Below are positions 1-8,828 of a stretch of 64,000 nt of DNA, in pieces. The first letter of the stretch is position 1. Every line of letters starts with the position of its first letter. The stretch comes from Candidatus Hodarchaeota archaeon (GTDB lineage: Archaea; Asgardarchaeota; Heimdallarchaeia; Hodarchaeales; Hodarchaeaceae), in the NCBI GenBank assembly GCA_016840035.1, contig JAEOTC010000077.1:20053-84052 (forward strand). Reading direction: 5' to 3'. The position numbers and the translations under genes are program-made. The notes below the pieces were generated by a model. The model saw only the letters and a program-made list of their open reading frames with translations. It made no database searches and was not told where the DNA came from.

Positions 1-1
1 A

Positions 2-328
2 GTTATTGCATGTCTTGCCATTCGCTTAGCAATTGCAAAATTATTAGCCAATCAAGACATAATGCTTCTTGACGAACCTACAGTTATGCTTGATTCGTAT
101 AGGCGAAAAGAGCTAGTCGAAGTTTTTGATAAAACTAAACCTGTTCGTCAGACAATTATCGTTACCCATGATACAGAATTTGAAAGAGTTGCTGATACTA
201 CTTTCACGATCGTAAAACTTGCAGGCAGATCCACTGTAATTTCAGAGGAAATTGATCATATTGTCTCTCAACAGAAGAAATATCAGATGTTAACTAAAGA
301 ACGCTTTAAACAATTAGAAATTAGCTAG
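2..328 (+). CDS. C-terminal fragment of an SMC/Rad50-type ABC ATPase (5' end outside window)
   Basis: The frame is open from base 2. The translation ...LAIRLAIAKLLANQDIMLLDEPTVMLD...IIVTHD carries Walker B (MLLDEPT), D-loop and H-loop (VTHD) in the order typical of Rad50/SbcC/SMC head domains. Confidence 0.6.
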   Translation, partial: VIACLAIRLAIAKLLANQDIMLLDEPTVMLDSYRRKELVEVFDKTKPVRQTIIVTHDTEFERVADTTFTIVKLAGRSTVISEEIDHIVSQQKKYQMLTKERFKQLEIS

Positions 329-478
329 TTAGGATATTGTATTCTCTTGGATGCAAAGTCGTTCATAAGGAAGAGTATCACATCCTTACCGTTTTTCCGT
401 CATTTCTGAGTCAGAGAAATGAGAATTTATGATACCCTTCTTACTCAGGAACCCTAAGTAGAAGGATGCATACCTTCT

Positions 479-1513
479 TTATTCTTTCGGTAAGTGAAAC
501 CGATAACTCTTAGAAATGAATTTTACATGACCAGATTTTTCAAGTTCTTGAACCATGTTGAATTCGGTACCTGAATCAGCCTCGTATGTACCAGAGAGAT
601 GTTTTTGAGTTATTTCATATGCTTGTTTTGCAATTTTGGTCACTAACAATTTCCAGGCTGGTTCATATCCAGGACGATAAAAAGTAAATTGAACCATTGG
701 ATTTTGGCCTTCTTCAGCTCGAATAGCTCCAGCTGCTACAATTAACTCGTTTTCAAAGATTAACAACGTTTTCAGCGGACGATTTTGGATATTTCCATAG
801 TACCTTTTTAGCTGCTCTTCTTCAGGGAATGCCTCAAGAGCAGTTTCATCAACTCTTCCTAGTTCAATAAGAGCGGTTAAGTCTGTTTCATTTGTCAAAT
901 CGCCTTTACGAAGAGTATATTTTTCTTCTCCTTTAAATTCTAAATTCTCAGGGTTATATCGATAAGTGATGTATTTCCTATCCACTTTAAATCCGTTGGA
1001 CTTTAGAAAGGTAATTTCAGCTTTTCTTTTCGATTGATATACTCCACCAGCTATTATTTGATGATTATCACCCTTATCCTTGTCACGATCAACGATATAG
1101 TTCAACACTTCTTTAAACAACTTGTCTTGAACTTCAGGAGGACATTCATCCATTGCATGGGGATAACTGATCTCTGTAGCGTTGAATCGATTCATAAAAT
1201 GACTCTGAACATACGCTAGAGGTTTTCCATCTGATGTAAGTGCATATCTAAAAGCATTAACATCTGGAGGATCGTTTTCATTCCGTTCCTTTATTTGCTT
1301 TACAACCTCATCTTTTGGAGGTACAGGATAATCTCGATCTGGGATACGATTCTGAGCAGTTACAAATATCTCTGCTTGAATTTCCTCCAAACCCTCATTC
1401 GGTTGAAATTTTCGATAAACAATATCCATTGGTATCACACTTATGGGACTTACCCCATCCAACTTAAATATTTTTCCAAGATTTGGCATAAATATCAGAA
1501 ATTGGAATATCAA
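479..1513 (-). CDS. hypothetical protein, possibly a tandem GNAT-like fold
   Basis: Long ORF of 344 aa. It has two halves with an acetyltransferase-like beta/alpha pattern (..GKPLAYVQ..FLKSNGFK.. and ..LIVAAGAIR..VQELEKSGH..). The true start may be the internal MDIVYRKF (about 1429). No diagnostic motif was seen. Confidence 0.4.
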   Translation of the reverse strand: MIFQFLIFMPNLGKIFKLDGVSPISVIPMDIVYRKFQPNEGLEEIQAEIFVTAQNRIPDRDYPVPPKDEVVKQIKERNENDPPDVNAFRYALTSDGKPLAYVQSHFMNRFNATEISYPHAMDECPPEVQDKLFKEVLNYIVDRDKDKGDNHQIIAGGVYQSKRKAEITFLKSNGFKVDRKYITYRYNPENLEFKGEEKYTLRKGDLTNETDLTALIELGRVDETALEAFPEEEQLKRYYGNIQNRPLKTLLIFENELIVAAGAIRAEEGQNPMVQFTFYRPGYEPAWKLLVTKIAKQAYEITQKHLSGTYEADSGTEFNMVQELEKSGHVKFISKSYRFHLPKE

Positions 1514-1603
1514 AAATAATTGGAAATAAGGTAAATTTGCCAGTATCTTTTTAAGGAAGAGGTAGAGGATTATACTTAGGGGAAAACTCTCAAATTTCCT
1601 TTA

Positions 1604-1618
1604 TTTGTATATAATATA
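1604..1618 (+). promoter_or_regulatory. candidate archaeal TATA box for the topoisomerase gene
   Basis: tttgtatataatata lies about 40 nt upstream of the ATG at 1654. A ggagag Shine-Dalgarno-like element lies at 1638-1643. Confidence 0.3.
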
Positions 1619-1653
1619 GAAATAAACTACTTATACTGGAGAGATAACGAATT

Positions 1654-3690
1654 ATGTCAACTCACGGAAAAAATGTGCTGATTATAGGGGAAAAATCCTC
1701 TCAAGTGCGAACTTTCTGTGAGACTCTCCTCCCTGCAATAAAGACAAAGAAAGTTGGTAAACGTATATATACTCGTTCGGGTCCATGGAAAGGCAACAAT
1801 CTGACTTTTCTTCCTTTGTCAGGTCATATTACCACAGTTGATACAAAAAAAGGTTACGGGTGGGGAGAAACTGCTCCAATCAATATTGTACAGGATCCTA
1901 AAGCACTTATTATCAAAGAGAATTATGAATTTCGGAAAATTATACGTGAACTAGCGACTAAAAGCGAAGAACTCTGGTTAGCGACCGATCCTGATTCAGA
2001 AGGAGATAATATTGCCTATGAAGCCTATAAAATTGCAATTCGGGCCAATCCCATATTAAGAGTTAATACTCGGAGAGTATGGAATTCGTCTCTAACTTCT
2101 GTTGAAATTTTACGGGCCTTCAATCAATTAGCAAATTGGTCTGTTAATCAGGCATTAGCTGTACAAGGCAGAAGAATGGTAGATGCCTGGGTGGGTTTTG
2201 CTGGGACTCGAGAAGTAACTATTGCTGCACGAAAAGTTCGAAATGAGCGGGGTCTTGTTTTATCTGTCGGTCGAGTCCAACTACCTACTCTTAAGTTGAT
2301 TGTGGATAAGGATATTGAACGTACAGAGTTTCTTGTACAAGAAAAGTATAATATTCTTGCAGATCTACTGGATGAGAGTAGAAAACAGATTTTAGTGTCT
2401 GTTCAGCATGATAAATCCCCTTTTACCAACGAAAACGATGTTCAGACGATTCTTGATAAGTTAAAAAAATCCACTTTAGGGAAGATTTCTTCATTTCAAC
2501 AAAAACAGACTAAGATTCCACCTCCGCGTCCTATGAACACTACTGACGCGATAGCGTTACTTTCCCGTCAATTAAAACTGAAAGCTGATAACGCCCTAGA
2601 AATTCTCGCAACTCTTTACGAACAGGGATACATCTCCTACCCAAGGACTGAGAATAGACAATTTAAATCAAATTTCCCTCATAACGAAATTCTTACGAAC
2701 CTCCAGTCTCACCCTCCTTATAAACCATTTTTTCAACAGATTAAAACAATGACTCAGGTTCGTACGAATGGACGGAAACAAGGAACTGAAGATCATGATC
2801 CTATCCATCCAACTGGGGAAATTCCATCGATTGGAGGAAAAATAACTCCCTTACACCTTAAAAGTTGGACCTTTATTGCTCGTTGGTATATTGGGATGTT
2901 TATGGAAGACCTCATCCAACAGCGTGGTACAGTAAGATTAGCAATCAAAGAAGAACCTTTTTCCCAGAAATATCAATCCACAGAATCACTTGGGTGGACT
3001 GAAGCAATGAACTGGAGAAGACCCCGTGAAACTCCCTCATTCTCCTTCGAAGCAGGTCAGATCGTACAAGTCCGTAATATACGGTCAGAAGCCTTTAAAA
3101 CGAAGCCTCCTGCCCGATGGAGTGATGCTACCTTAATTAAACGATTAGAAAAACTCAAAATCGGTACGAAATCTTCCCGTCCAGATGTTATTAAGAAACT
3201 TGAATTAAGACAATATATCGTACGAAAAGGAAACTCCTATGAAAGTACCAATACTGGTAAAACAATCATTACTGTATTTAATGCGATTTGGCCTGATTTA
3301 GTTACACCCAAATTTACCAGACAGGTTGAAATTCGAATGGATGAGGTGGCATCTGAAACCTGCTCGTATGACATGATGCTTGAAACTATTCGTTCAGAAT
3401 ATCTTTTCCTGCATCAAAAATTACTTTCCCAAATCGAAAATCTCCAAGATCAACTAAAAGAAGCCTTTTCTGATCTTGGAAGTTCAACCTATAAAAAGAG
3501 GAAATCTCACTTTTCCACCAAGCAGCGTAAATCAAAGACTGAAAACGCTTCTTACCCTTGTCCTGCTTGTAACTCCGGTAACCTACGTGAAAGAACCAAT
3601 TCCCGTACAGGGGAGAAATTCTTCGGTTGTTCTCGATACCCAGCTTGCAGTTTCACAAGTTCAAGGAATATCTACAAAAAAAAAGGATAA
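1654..3690 (+). CDS. topA: type IA DNA topoisomerase (TopA/Topo III-like) with C-terminal Zn ribbon
   Basis: TOPRIM elements LIIGEKSS and ATDPDSEGDNIA. Active-site tyrosine context GYISYPRTENR. C-terminal C4 zinc ribbon CPACNSG...FFGCSRYPAC. Confidence 0.9.
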   Translation: MSTHGKNVLIIGEKSSQVRTFCETLLPAIKTKKVGKRIYTRSGPWKGNNLTFLPLSGHITTVDTKKGYGWGETAPINIVQDPKALIIKENYEFRKIIRELATKSEELWLATDPDSEGDNIAYEAYKIAIRANPILRVNTRRVWNSSLTSVEILRAFNQLANWSVNQALAVQGRRMVDAWVGFAGTREVTIAARKVRNERGLVLSVGRVQLPTLKLIVDKDIERTEFLVQEKYNILADLLDESRKQILVSVQHDKSPFTNENDVQTILDKLKKSTLGKISSFQQKQTKIPPPRPMNTTDAIALLSRQLKLKADNALEILATLYEQGYISYPRTENRQFKSNFPHNEILTNLQSHPPYKPFFQQIKTMTQVRTNGRKQGTEDHDPIHPTGEIPSIGGKITPLHLKSWTFIARWYIGMFMEDLIQQRGTVRLAIKEEPFSQKYQSTESLGWTEAMNWRRPRETPSFSFEAGQIVQVRNIRSEAFKTKPPARWSDATLIKRLEKLKIGTKSSRPDVIKKLELRQYIVRKGNSYESTNTGKTIITVFNAIWPDLVTPKFTRQVEIRMDEVASETCSYDMMLETIRSEYLFLHQKLLSQIENLQDQLKEAFSDLGSSTYKKRKSHFSTKQRKSKTENASYPCPACNSGNLRERTNSRTGEKFFGCSRYPACSFTSSRNIYKKKG

Positions 3691-3830
3691 TTTTCAGAAA
3701 ATTCTTCAATCGTGGATCTACATACTTTTTGTGTCACAACCACTACATTTTTGTTACGAGTGATTTTCATCGATTCTTGGATTGATTCCCTTTTTTACCT
3801 ATACTAAGCTTTTAGGATACCAGATTATAA

Positions 3831-5288
3831 ATGACAATTAAAGTTGCAGAGAAACGGATGAATTCAGTAGGAGTTGATGTAGGCACCAGCACTTCTCATC
3901 TGGTCTTTTCGGAGTTAGTTCTCAAGAAAGACCCTTCATCAAAAACAGAAAAATTCTACGTCGCTGAACGCAACATAAAACATCGAGGAGACATTATTTT
4001 TACTCCTTTACGCCCTACAACCAATGAAATTGATATTGACCGCCTTTTACCTGCTCTCCTCCACGAATATCAGAAAGCGAACATTGATCCAGCCACCATA
4101 GATTCTGGGGCAGTTATCATCACTGGTGAGTCTGCTAAACGTAATAATGCAGAGAAAATTGTTCAATTCCTGGCTAAGGAAGCTCAACTTGGTAATTTTG
4201 TCGCTAGTACTGCTGGACCCAACTTCGAATCAATGATCTCTGCATATGGGTCAGGAGCTGTGACCTATTCCGCAACTCATGGGAAAAAGATCATTCATTC
4301 TGATGTGGGAGGCGGAACCTCGAACATTGCTGTCATTGATAATGGTATTATTACTGCTACAGCATGTATAAATGTTGGAGGTAGATTATTAGCATTTAAT
4401 GATGCTAATGAGATTATTCGCTTGGAACCTGCTGGAGTTTGGGTTTTAGAGGCATGTAACCTGACTCATAAGTTAGGTGAGAAAATAACTGAAGAAGAAA
4501 AACTTCTTGTAAGTCAAAAATTAGCTGATTCATTGCTTGAAGTACTTAAGGGTGAAAAGCTCTCTAAACTTACGCAAAAACTGATGATGACGGAAAATCT
4601 TCCTCAAGAATGCTTTGAGAATAGTCCTGCTGTTAGTTTCTCTGGAGGTGTGGCGGAATTCATTTATCAAAAATCTGATGAGGAATTCCACGATCTTGGA
4701 AAGCTACTGGGAAATCACATACGATCTCTCCTCAGTGAAAACAATTTGGAGCAAATTGAAACTCCAGAGAAAATTAGAGCAACTGTTATTGGTGCTAGCG
4801 GACATACACTAAACGTAAGTGGGTCAACAACATTTATTTCGAAGGATCGAAGTAAAATTGACCTTCCTGTTCGTAATTTACCTGTAGTTCTCCCCCAAAT
4901 CGACAGACAACTTCTATCAATTGATTATGTTGCCACCCAGATTCGCAATGCCTTTCTGAGAATGGATATTGAAGAGGGCGAAGATAACTTTGTCTTGGCT
5001 TTTATAGATCCTGTCCGTTCAGTTTATGAAAAATTAACAATTTTTTCAAAAGGAATTGTGAAAGGATTACCTAAAACAATACAATCTGAAAAACCAATTT
5101 TTCTTGTCTTTGAAACAGATATTGGTAACTCTGTAGGGAATGTCATGAAAAGAGAAACAGGAATCTCAAATGAAATCCTCTCTTTAGATGAAATTTCTAT
5201 CAAAGAGGGTGATTTTCTGGATTGCGGAAAACCACTGTTTGAGGATCGTGTATTCCCTATAGTCATAAAATCATTAATCTTCGGTTGA
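3831..5288 (+). CDS. eutA: EutA-like protein (ethanolamine ammonia-lyase reactivase family, ASKHA fold)
   Basis: Collinear with E. coli EutA blocks recalled from memory: SVGVDVGTSTSHLVFS, DSGAVIITGESAK, FVASTAGPNFES, DVGGGTSN, ACINVGGRLL, RATVIGASGHTLNVSGST, LPVRNLPVV, and the C-terminal PIVIKSLIF. Confidence 0.75.
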   Translation: MTIKVAEKRMNSVGVDVGTSTSHLVFSELVLKKDPSSKTEKFYVAERNIKHRGDIIFTPLRPTTNEIDIDRLLPALLHEYQKANIDPATIDSGAVIITGESAKRNNAEKIVQFLAKEAQLGNFVASTAGPNFESMISAYGSGAVTYSATHGKKIIHSDVGGGTSNIAVIDNGIITATACINVGGRLLAFNDANEIIRLEPAGVWVLEACNLTHKLGEKITEEEKLLVSQKLADSLLEVLKGEKLSKLTQKLMMTENLPQECFENSPAVSFSGGVAEFIYQKSDEEFHDLGKLLGNHIRSLLSENNLEQIETPEKIRATVIGASGHTLNVSGSTTFISKDRSKIDLPVRNLPVVLPQIDRQLLSIDYVATQIRNAFLRMDIEEGEDNFVLAFIDPVRSVYEKLTIFSKGIVKGLPKTIQSEKPIFLVFETDIGNSVGNVMKRETGISNEILSLDEISIKEGDFLDCGKPLFEDRVFPIVIKSLIFG

Positions 5289-5318
5289 AAAATTAGCAAT
5301 ATAGGTGTTATTTTAAAT

Positions 5319-5810
5319 TTGAAAGTTTTAGGCTTGATCTCTGATACACATATCCCCTCGAGACGTGGGGAATTACCCAAAAACGTTTTAGATGCTTTTA
5401 AAGATGTTGACATGATTCTACATGCAGGAGATTTTGAGGAACTTGATGTGGCTGATACCCTTGAATCTATAGCACCCCTGATAGCAGTCCATGGAAATAT
5501 GTGTAATTTGGAAGTGAAGAGAAAATTTCCCCCCAAATTAACCCTCAAAGTTGAGGATCTTACAATAGGTCTCACACATGGAAATGGTAGACCATCAAGT
5601 TTCTTCGGTCGGGTGCAGGATCTTTTTCAAAAAGATAATCCGAATATAATCATCTCTGGTCACACTCACCATCCAGCAGCTGAAGTCATTAATGGCATCC
5701 TAATGTTAAATCCTGGATCGCCAACTGATAAGCGATTTGCTCCTAAAAATACTGTCTTAATTCTAGAAATTAACAATTCGAAGTATAAGTATCAATTTAT
5801 CGATGTTTAA
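5319..5810 (+). CDS. MJ0936/YfcE-family metallophosphoesterase
   Basis: Motifs SDTHIP, AGDFE, VHGNMC and SGHTHH in canonical order. Size 163 aa. TTG start. Confidence 0.85.
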   Translation: MKVLGLISDTHIPSRRGELPKNVLDAFKDVDMILHAGDFEELDVADTLESIAPLIAVHGNMCNLEVKRKFPPKLTLKVEDLTIGLTHGNGRPSSFFGRVQDLFQKDNPNIIISGHTHHPAAEVINGILMLNPGSPTDKRFAPKNTVLILEINNSKYKYQFIDV

Positions 5811-5856
5811 GGACCACCCTCTAATTAAAGGAAATATGATTTGATTCTTTTTCAAT

Positions 5857-6675
5857 TTAAGGAATTCCTCTTGGATCCCAAGTGATTGATGTATCTTCGT
5901 TTAACATATCTATAGTCTCTAAATCGTTCGTAGATAGAGTAAAATCGAAAACGTCTGCATTTTGTTGTAAATGATCTTTAGTTGCACTCTTTGGGATTGT
6001 CGGAACATTATGCTGTAAACACCAACGAATCAGAATTTGTGCAGGAGATTTTCCATATTTTTCTCCAATTTCATGCAATGTTTTATTTCCGAGATATTTC
6101 CCTTTGGTTAATGGACTATATGCTTGCAACTGGATATTTTTTTCCTTGCAATATTCCAAAAGATCTTTGTTATACCACCAGGGATGGAATTCAACTTGGT
6201 TCACTGCAGGAATAATCGAACATGTGCCGAGGAGTTCTTCTAAATGCCTGATCACAAAATTACTAACACCTATCGCTTTCACTCTTTCTGTTTCTAATAA
6301 CGATTCGAGTGCAGCCCACGATTTTAATCTCAAATTTGTGACAGGCCAATGAATTAAATAAAGATCGATATAATCCAGACCAAATTGATCCATGCTTTTA
6401 TCAAATGCATTTAGGGCCTTTTCATATCCATGATCACTGTTCCAGAGTTTGGAGGTCACAAAAAGCTCCTTTCGATCAACAGTACTTGTTGCAACCGCTT
6501 TACCCACCTCTCGTTCATTCCCATAGAAAGCTGCAGTATCGAATAATCGATAACCAATGTCAATAGCCCACTCAAAAACTCGATCAGCTTCTTCGGGTCT
6601 TATTAGGTAAACCCCCAAACCTAGATACGGCATTTTGGTACCATTGTTAAGCTGTACCTTACTCGAAAACTCCAT
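5857..6675 (-). CDS. aldo/keto reductase (DkgA-like)
   Basis: N-terminus is typical of the family (LNNGTKMPYLGLGV). Catalytic-tetrad contexts FDTAAFYGNE, TSKLW and LIHWP. Size 272 aa. Confidence 0.9.
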   Translation of the reverse strand: MEFSSKVQLNNGTKMPYLGLGVYLIRPEEADRVFEWAIDIGYRLFDTAAFYGNEREVGKAVATSTVDRKELFVTSKLWNSDHGYEKALNAFDKSMDQFGLDYIDLYLIHWPVTNLRLKSWAALESLLETERVKAIGVSNFVIRHLEELLGTCSIIPAVNQVEFHPWWYNKDLLEYCKEKNIQLQAYSPLTKGKYLGNKTLHEIGEKYGKSPAQILIRWCLQHNVPTIPKSATKDHLQQNADVFDFTLSTNDLETIDMLNEDTSITWDPRGIP

Positions 6676-6755
6676 TCACTCTACATCCTCTTTGTTTATT
6701 CAAAATGATTCTAAGGAGATGGGTGATTGATGAACCATCTAATTAATATTTCTTC

Positions 6756-7703
6756 TTAAAAGAACAGAGTGGTTCCAATTAGCGCAATATAAAACCACAA
6801 GAATGCAAAAGCCATCAAAATTGAAGCAGTTTTAAAAATTTTAAAGCTAAGTTTTTGAGAGGGGGTAATTAAGTTCTTTACTGCTAAATAGAGGACAAAC
6901 GCATTAATCACCAGAAGGGGAGTCAAGAGAATTAATTCAATACTTAGAACAAATCCTGTAGATATAATTAATATGCTGCTAATAATAGCTGAAATGGTAA
7001 TAACTTGTATAGTCTCTGTTTGGCCACGAACAATCGGCCAAACTGGAATATTAGCCTCCTGATAGCCACTTAAATTTTCTGGAATGAGTGCAAGAGTTAA
7101 GAAGTGTAAAGGGATCCAACAGACCACAAATAGCCCCATCAATATCCCTGCAACAGTGATAGAATTTGTAACAGCAGTTACGCCAGCTAATGCGGGAAAT
7201 CCACCTGCTAATCCTCCAAATACAATAGAATAGCGAGTTCTCCGCTTAAGCCAGAAAGAATATACAACAATGTCAAAAAACGCCCCTAAAAATACAACAA
7301 GCATTGTTAGCGCATTTACGAATACACCAACAAAGAATCCTCCAGCAATGGTGAAGAGAAGACCATGTTTTAATACTGTATAAGGAGGAATTTTACCTGA
7401 TGGTAGCGCGCGTTCTTTAGTCCGTTTCATCAATGAATCAATATCACGATCAATATACATATTCAGGAGTGTACTCCCTGAAACCGCTAAAAATAATCCA
7501 GTTATTAACCATAAAAAGGTCATTACATTAAAATTATTTACCCAAGCGGTTATCAAATAAGCAAAAATAGTCGTGTACACCAATAAAAAGGTCTGCTTTG
7601 TTTTGATTAGCTCACCGTAAAGAGAAAAAGGTGTAGTTTGTGAAGTAGTTAGAACTGTCTCTTCATAAGAAGTATATTGAGCAGGGGGCTTGTCATTTGC
7701 CAT
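6756..7703 (-). CDS. UbiA-family prenyltransferase, heme O synthase (CtaB/CyoE)-like, paralog 2
   Basis: First Asp-rich motif NMYIDRDIDSLMKRTKERALPSG, where the usual RP is RA. CtaB-type second block WIPLHFLTLAL....GYQEANIPVWP. About 9 TM helices. Confidence 0.8.
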   Translation of the reverse strand: MANDKPPAQYTSYEETVLTTSQTTPFSLYGELIKTKQTFLLVYTTIFAYLITAWVNNFNVMTFLWLITGLFLAVSGSTLLNMYIDRDIDSLMKRTKERALPSGKIPPYTVLKHGLLFTIAGGFFVGVFVNALTMLVVFLGAFFDIVVYSFWLKRRTRYSIVFGGLAGGFPALAGVTAVTNSITVAGILMGLFVVCWIPLHFLTLALIPENLSGYQEANIPVWPIVRGQTETIQVITISAIISSILIISTGFVLSIELILLTPLLVINAFVLYLAVKNLITPSQKLSFKIFKTASILMAFAFLWFYIALIGTTLFF

Positions 7704-7786
7704 CGTGGATCTGGAGATACAACAATATTTATTTTATTACTTTGTTTACTCCAGTTTTTCGTAGGATTTTCCAAAGTATAAAACTC

Positions 7787-7839
7787 AAAAAAGAAAAAAA
7801 GAAGGAGATTATAGATCAACATTTATTTATATTGATCTA
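7787..7839 (-). terminator. hairpin plus oligo-T candidate terminator after CtaB-like paralog 1
   Basis: 8-bp inverted repeat tagatcaa/ttgatcta (7812-7819 / 7832-7839) lies just downstream of the stop at 7847. It is followed on the minus strand by a T-run (plus-strand aaaaaagaaaaaaa, 7787-7800). Confidence 0.4.
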
Positions 7840-7846
7840 ATATTTT

Positions 7847-8806
7847 CTAAGGGGGAGAGGCAATAACACCGATAAAGAGCCACAAGAAAGCAAACGCCAT
7901 CAGCATGGATGCTAGTTTGAAGATTCTAAATGTCCGTATTTGTGTGGGATTTCGAAGATTGTTAAGTGACATCCATATCATATAGAAACAGAAGGCGAAT
8001 AATGGGATCAGAGGTAGAAATCGAATCTCTAACACCATTCCAGTTAAAGCGATTAGTATTGTACTTAAGATAGCAGAGAGAGTGATTACTTTAATTGTCT
8101 GGTTTTTACTTCGTATGACTGGCCACATTGGAACCTGTGCATTTCGATAACCTTCAAGATTTTTAGGGAGTAAAGCTAATGTTAGGATGTGTAAGGGAAT
8201 CCAACATAATACAAATAACCCCATTAAAATCCCTGGAATAGTGATTGATGCGGAAACAGCTGTGGCTCCTGCTAATGCAGGGAGGCCCCCTGCAATTCCA
8301 CCAAAGATTATAGAAAATCGTGTTCTCCTCTTCAATAAGTAGGAATAAACAACCACATCAAAAAAAGCCCCGAGGAAAACGACCACTGAGGTCAGGAGAT
8401 CCACAAAAATCGCAATTGCTAATATTCCTGCAATTGTAAAGAGGAAACCGTGTTTAAGAACCGTCTTAGGTGAGATTTTTCCCATGGGGAGTGGTCGATC
8501 TCTTGTTCTTTCCATAAGAGCATCAATATCCCGGTCAATATACATATTTAACAGAGTACTTCCCGAAATAGCGAAAAACACTCCCACGTTCAACCACAGA
8601 AATACGCTCAAACTAATCCCAGTCCACCAAGCACTGATGAGGTAAGCAAAGAATGTAGTGTAAAGTAACAAGAATGTTTGCTTACTCTTAATCAACTCTC
8701 CATAAAGAAAAAAGGGAGTAGTTGTGGTTGTGGAGACTGTTGCTTGCTCGTAGTCATGTAAGTATTCAGGAGAGTCCATGTCTGTCATATGTTTCCATTT
8801 CACCAC
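7847..8806 (-). CDS. UbiA-family prenyltransferase, heme O synthase (CtaB/CyoE)-like, paralog 1
   Basis: NMYIDRDIDALMERTRDRPLPMG and WIPLHILTLAL....GYRNAQVPMWP. Aligns along its full length with 6756..7703, with long identical runs (SGSTLLNMYIDRDID, VVFLGAFFD, LMAFAFLW). Confidence 0.8.
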   Translation of the reverse strand: MVKWKHMTDMDSPEYLHDYEQATVSTTTTTPFFLYGELIKSKQTFLLLYTTFFAYLISAWWTGISLSVFLWLNVGVFFAISGSTLLNMYIDRDIDALMERTRDRPLPMGKISPKTVLKHGFLFTIAGILAIAIFVDLLTSVVVFLGAFFDVVVYSYLLKRRTRFSIIFGGIAGGLPALAGATAVSASITIPGILMGLFVLCWIPLHILTLALLPKNLEGYRNAQVPMWPVIRSKNQTIKVITLSAILSTILIALTGMVLEIRFLPLIPLFAFCFYMIWMSLNNLRNPTQIRTFRIFKLASMLMAFAFLWLFIGVIASPP

Positions 8807-8828
8807 TTTTGAGATTGTTTTATGTTAC

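Noticed and set aside
400-422. Imperfect palindrome tcatttctgagtcagagaaatga in the convergent gap 329-478 as a defined terminator
   Set aside because: Two alternative pairing registers are possible. There is no clear flanking oligo-T on both strands, and archaeal termination does not require hairpins. It is too ambiguous to annotate.
2-3690. Rad50/SMC-type ATPase plus topoisomerase/TOPRIM as a Wadjet-, Gabija- or OLD-like defence module
   Set aside because: The ATPase is only a C-terminal fragment and is separated from the topoisomerase by a convergent unrelated gene. The topoisomerase is a full-length type IA enzyme with the active-site Tyr and Zn ribbon, consistent with a housekeeping role.
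5024-5575. 183-aa minus-strand ORF, and similar track ORFs such as 15627..15911, 22533..22832, 24324..24635, 26634..27005, 48532..48810 and 56785..57153
   Set aside because: Each lies wholly or largely inside a well-supported gene on the opposite strand or in another frame. They have low-complexity, Ser/Leu/Ile-rich translations and no motifs. These are shadow ORFs typical of AT-rich DNA.
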